Of a stretch of 64,000 bases of DNA, positions 61,222-64,000 are shown piece after piece (within the stretch, counting starts at the first letter, position 1; every line of letters begins with the position of its first letter). The notes under the pieces are model-generated. The model saw only the letters and a program-made list of their open reading frames with translations, had not been told where the DNA came from and did no database searches. The position numbers and the translations under genes are program-made. Origin of the DNA: Burkholderiales bacterium (GTDB taxonomy: Bacteria > Pseudomonadota > Gammaproteobacteria > Burkholderiales > JALYOK01); NCBI GenBank assembly GCA_046598945.1, contig JBKJHT010000121.1:6862-70861 (forward strand). Direction: 5' to 3'.

Positions 61222-62159
61222 GTGGGCTCGAAAGCTATTTTTTGAGCGTGGGATTGTACGCCGAAAAGCTCATAAAAACTATCGGCATTCAGGGCTTCGC
61301 CATCGATTTCCACGTGTAACAGTTCCAATAAAGCACCATCGCCACATACCGCGTGGAGCCTGCCTCCCAGCACGATCGTGCCTGGAACGCCTGCATCCAT
61401 GCGGTTCTCCAACGAATGCCTAGTCCCTAAAATCTTGATGCGTTTACCTTGCAAATAAAAAAACGCGCCGGGGTAGGGCAGCGCAACGCCGCGCACTAGA
61501 TTATGAATATCCGTTGCCGAGTTGCGCCAATCGATGCGTCCGTCCTGCGGCCTGCGTCCGCCGAAATAGCTGCCATGACTTAAGTCTTGGGCGCGCCCGA
61601 TTCGCTCAAAGCGCAACAACGCCGGTAGCGCGGCATCCAGCACCTCCACCGCGGCATCGGTGACTCTACCGAATACCTCGAAGGCCGTGTCGTCGGGCCC
61701 GATTGGCACTGCTTGCTGGCCGACGATGTCGCCAGCATCGGGTTTTTCCACCATGTAATGCAAGGTCGCGCCGGTCTCGGATTCGCCACGAATTACCGCC
61801 CAATTCACCGGCACGCGGCCGCGATATTTTGGTAGTAACGATCCATGCATATTCAACGCACCATGCGTCGGGACTGAAAGCAACGGCGCTTGCAGCATTG
61901 AGCGATAGTAGAACGAAAAAATAAAATCGGGCTCGATTGCTCTAACGCGTTCTACGATGTCCGGCGTATTCGGATCGAGGGGTGTGATGACCTCAATAGC
62001 GTTTTCTTGCGCCAGTGACTTGACGCTGTCGAACCAAATTGTCTCGGCGGGATTGTCGTCGTGAGTGAGGACCAAACGTACCTCGACACCGCGCTGCAGT
62101 AAAACCGAAAGGCAGCGCACGCCTACGTTGTGGTAGGCGAACACGACGGCGCGCGTCAT
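61218..62159 (-). CDS. arnA: UDP-Ara4N formyltransferase (ArnA N-terminal domain, stand-alone)
   Basis: VFAYHNVG, FSFYYR, NMHGSLLPKYRGR, DAGDI. Confidence 0.93.
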   Translation of the reverse strand: MTRAVVFAYHNVGVRCLSVLLQRGVEVRLVLTHDDNPAETIWFDSVKSLAQENAIEVITPLDPNTPDIVERVRAIEPDFIFSFYYRSMLQAPLLSVPTHGALNMHGSLLPKYRGRVPVNWAVIRGESETGATLHYMVEKPDAGDIVGQQAVPIGPDDTAFEVFGRVTDAAVEVLDAALPALLRFERIGRAQDLSHGSYFGGRRPQDGRIDWRNSATDIHNLVRGVALPYPGAFFYLQGKRIKILGTRHSLENRMDAGVPGTIVLGGRLHAVCGDGALLELLHVEIDGEALNADSFYELFGVQSHAQKIAFEPT

Positions 62160-63151
62160 AGGTGGGAACGGGAGATGGGTTGCGTGACAGGCGTGGGTAT
62201 TTTTACTTCGGCGTCGTCGCTGCTTTCCAAAATCGCTTGAATCAAATAACGCGGCCTGACGCGCACTTGCATGTAGATCCGTCCGACATATTCGCCGAGC
62301 AAACCCACGCCAAAGAGCAAGATGCCGATTAACATAAATGCGATCGCAAACAGCGTGAACAGACCTTCGGCTTCCGGGCCGATGATAAAGCGACGGATCA
62401 CAAGATAGATAAAAAACAATCCGGACAGCAGCGAGACCACTATGCCGAATAGCGAAAACAATTGCAGCGGCGCGATGGAAAATCCGGTGATCAAGTCAAA
62501 ATTGAGGCGGATCAAGCTATACAGCGAATACTTCGATTCGCCCGCCGCACGCTCGGCGTGCGCCACTTCGATTTCGACCGGGTTGCGCGCAAAGGTGTAG
62601 GCGAGCGCCGGGATATAGGTATTTACTTCGCTACAGTCGTTGATGGCGCGAATGATGTTGCGGCTGTAGGCGCGCAGCATGCAGCCCTGGTCGGTCATTT
62701 TCACCTTGGTGAAACGTTCACGCACACGGTTCATCATGCGCGATGCGACCTTGCGCCAAGCGCTGTCCTGGCGCATCACGCGGATGGTGCCGACATAGTC
62801 GTGGCCAGTGTCGATTTTTTGCAGCAGCTTGCCAATTTCCTCCGGCGGATTTTGCAAGTCGGCATCAAGGGTGATAATCGTCTCGCCGCGGACTTTGCCG
62901 AAGCCGGCCATGATCGCCATGTGCTGGCCGAAGTTGCCGTTGAGCAGGATCACGCGCGTGACGTCGGGCCGACGCTCGAACTGTTCGCGCAACATCGCAG
63001 CGGAGCGGTCGCGGCTGCCGTCGTTGATGAAGATGATTTCGTAGCTGCGCTTGAGCGCATCGAGCGCGGGATAGAGACGCTGAAACAGCGACGCTAATCC
63101 ATCTTCTTCGTTGTACACCGGGATGACTACGGATACTTGGGGCGGCATCAT
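62156..63151 (-). CDS. arnC: Undecaprenyl-phosphate Ara4FN transferase
   Basis: IPVYNE, NDGS, NFGQH, LDADLQNPPEEI, DQGCMLRAY; two C-terminal TM helices. Confidence 0.92.
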   Translation of the reverse strand: MMPPQVSVVIPVYNEEDGLASLFQRLYPALDALKRSYEIIFINDGSRDRSAAMLREQFERRPDVTRVILLNGNFGQHMAIMAGFGKVRGETIITLDADLQNPPEEIGKLLQKIDTGHDYVGTIRVMRQDSAWRKVASRMMNRVRERFTKVKMTDQGCMLRAYSRNIIRAINDCSEVNTYIPALAYTFARNPVEIEVAHAERAAGESKYSLYSLIRLNFDLITGFSIAPLQLFSLFGIVVSLLSGLFFIYLVIRRFIIGPEAEGLFTLFAIAFMLIGILLFGVGLLGEYVGRIYMQVRVRPRYLIQAILESSDDAEVKIPTPVTQPISRSHL

Positions 63152-64000
63152 TTTTGTTTTCCGTCGGAGCGCATCAGTTTGCGCAATGTTTCGCAGGTTC
63201 GCTCGACATCAGACAGCGTCATCGCGGGAAATAGCGGCAAGCTGATGGTTTCCCGTGCGATGCGTTCGCTGACAGGGAACATGCCTACTTTATAACCTTT
63301 GCGGCGGGATAGGCTGGTCAGATGCACGGCCTCGTAAGATACGCCGATGCCGATTCCGGCGGCGTGCATCGATGCGATGAATGCGTAGCGGGAAATTTTC
63401 ATCTGCGTCAGCGGCAGTAGCAGCGTGAACATATTCCAACTGTGGCCGGGATTGTCGCGCGGTGGCAGCATGTCGTCGCTCAGCACCGCGTCGTCGGATA
63501 AACATTGGAAATAGTGGGCGGCGAGTTCGCGCCGTTTGGCGCACCAGGTATCGAGCTGTGCCAGTTGCGCGATGCCGAGCCGCGCGCTGACATCGCTCAG
63601 GTTGAATTTTCCGCCGGCAACATCGACATCGCGCGTGCCATCGGGCAGGCGACTGATGCCGTGAAAGCGTAGTTTCGATGCGCACGCGGCTTCTTCGTGA
63701 TTATTCACCACCAGGGCGCCGCCTTCAATGGTAGTCATGTTTTTGTTCGGGTGAAAACTAAATGCGACCAGATCGCCTTGGCTACCCACGGCTTGATCGC
63801 CGCAGCGCGAGCCAATGGCCAGCGCGGCGTCTTGAATCACGCGAAGATCGTGGCGTTTGGCCAGAGCGGCAAGGGCTGTGGCATTCAGCGGGGAATTGAA
63901 ATCGGTCGGCAGCAAGGCCTTGGTGCGCGCGGTGACGACAGCTTCGGTTGCGGCGAAATCGATATTGCGGCTGCGCAACTCGACATCGACGAACACGGCG
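63148..64000 (-). CDS. arnB: DegT/DnrJ-family aminotransferase; 5' end outside the window
   Basis: QDAA, SFHPNKNMTTIEGG PLP-lysine motif; directly upstream of arnC. Confidence 0.85.
   Translation of the reverse strand, partial: AVFVDVELRSRNIDFAATEAVVTARTKALLPTDFNSPLNATALAALAKRHDLRVIQDAALAIGSRCGDQAVGSQGDLVAFSFHPNKNMTTIEGGALVVNNHEEAACASKLRFHGISRLPDGTRDVDVAGGKFNLSDVSARLGIAQLAQLDTWCAKRRELAAHYFQCLSDDAVLSDDMLPPRDNPGHSWNMFTLLLPLTQMKISRYAFIASMHAAGIGIGVSYEAVHLTSLSRRKGYKVGMFPVSERIARETISLPLFPAMTLSDVERTCETLRKLMRSDGKQK

Noticed and set aside
1..64000. CRISPR array, tRNA, rRNA or riboswitch
   Set aside because: No regularly spaced direct repeats or recognisable RNA-gene motifs; the palindromes are dispersed, not arrayed.

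Overview
GC-rich bacterial chromosome segment; the gene content (DUF3460, split arnA, addAB, fdxA) suggests a betaproteobacterium. The right half (32.6-64 kb) is mostly backbone: degQ-like protease, trxA-rho-msrB-aroG, fdxA-addB-addA, purE-purK and the arnB-arnC-split arnA lipid A modification genes. The left half is accessory: a partial sensor kinase, full-length Lhr, a decayed BrnT/BrnA pair, a class III PHA operon (phaE-phaC-oligomer hydrolase-MFS), and a ~17 kb catabolic island (13.7-30.6 kb) bracketed by an IS3 remnant and a decayed IS110 element. The island has two convergent operons. One encodes a Tat-type Rieske protein and an atypical PQQ dehydrogenase (no vicinal Cys-Cys, extra Asp at the lanthanide-ligand position). 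The other encodes GntR, a CoA ligase, a ThDP 2-hydroxyacyl-CoA lyase-like enzyme, a Liv-type ABC transporter with a second permease pair, a YtkA/FixH-like protein, an SDR, a GST and an azoreductase. Both promoters carry the same 20-bp imperfect palindrome (18/20 identical) over the 17-bp spacer of a sigma70 -35/-10 pair. This is the best candidate for an undescribed system: one regulon for periplasmic oxidation, uptake, CoA activation and C1 cleavage of a hydroxy acid. Also seen: putative ends and a long 3' non-coding region of the IS110 element (candidate bridge RNA), several palindromic repeat families, a 147-bp MITE, and a 56-aa membrane protein missed by the ORF track. No rRNA, tRNA or CRISPR array was seen. 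All family calls come from motif recognition, not database searches.
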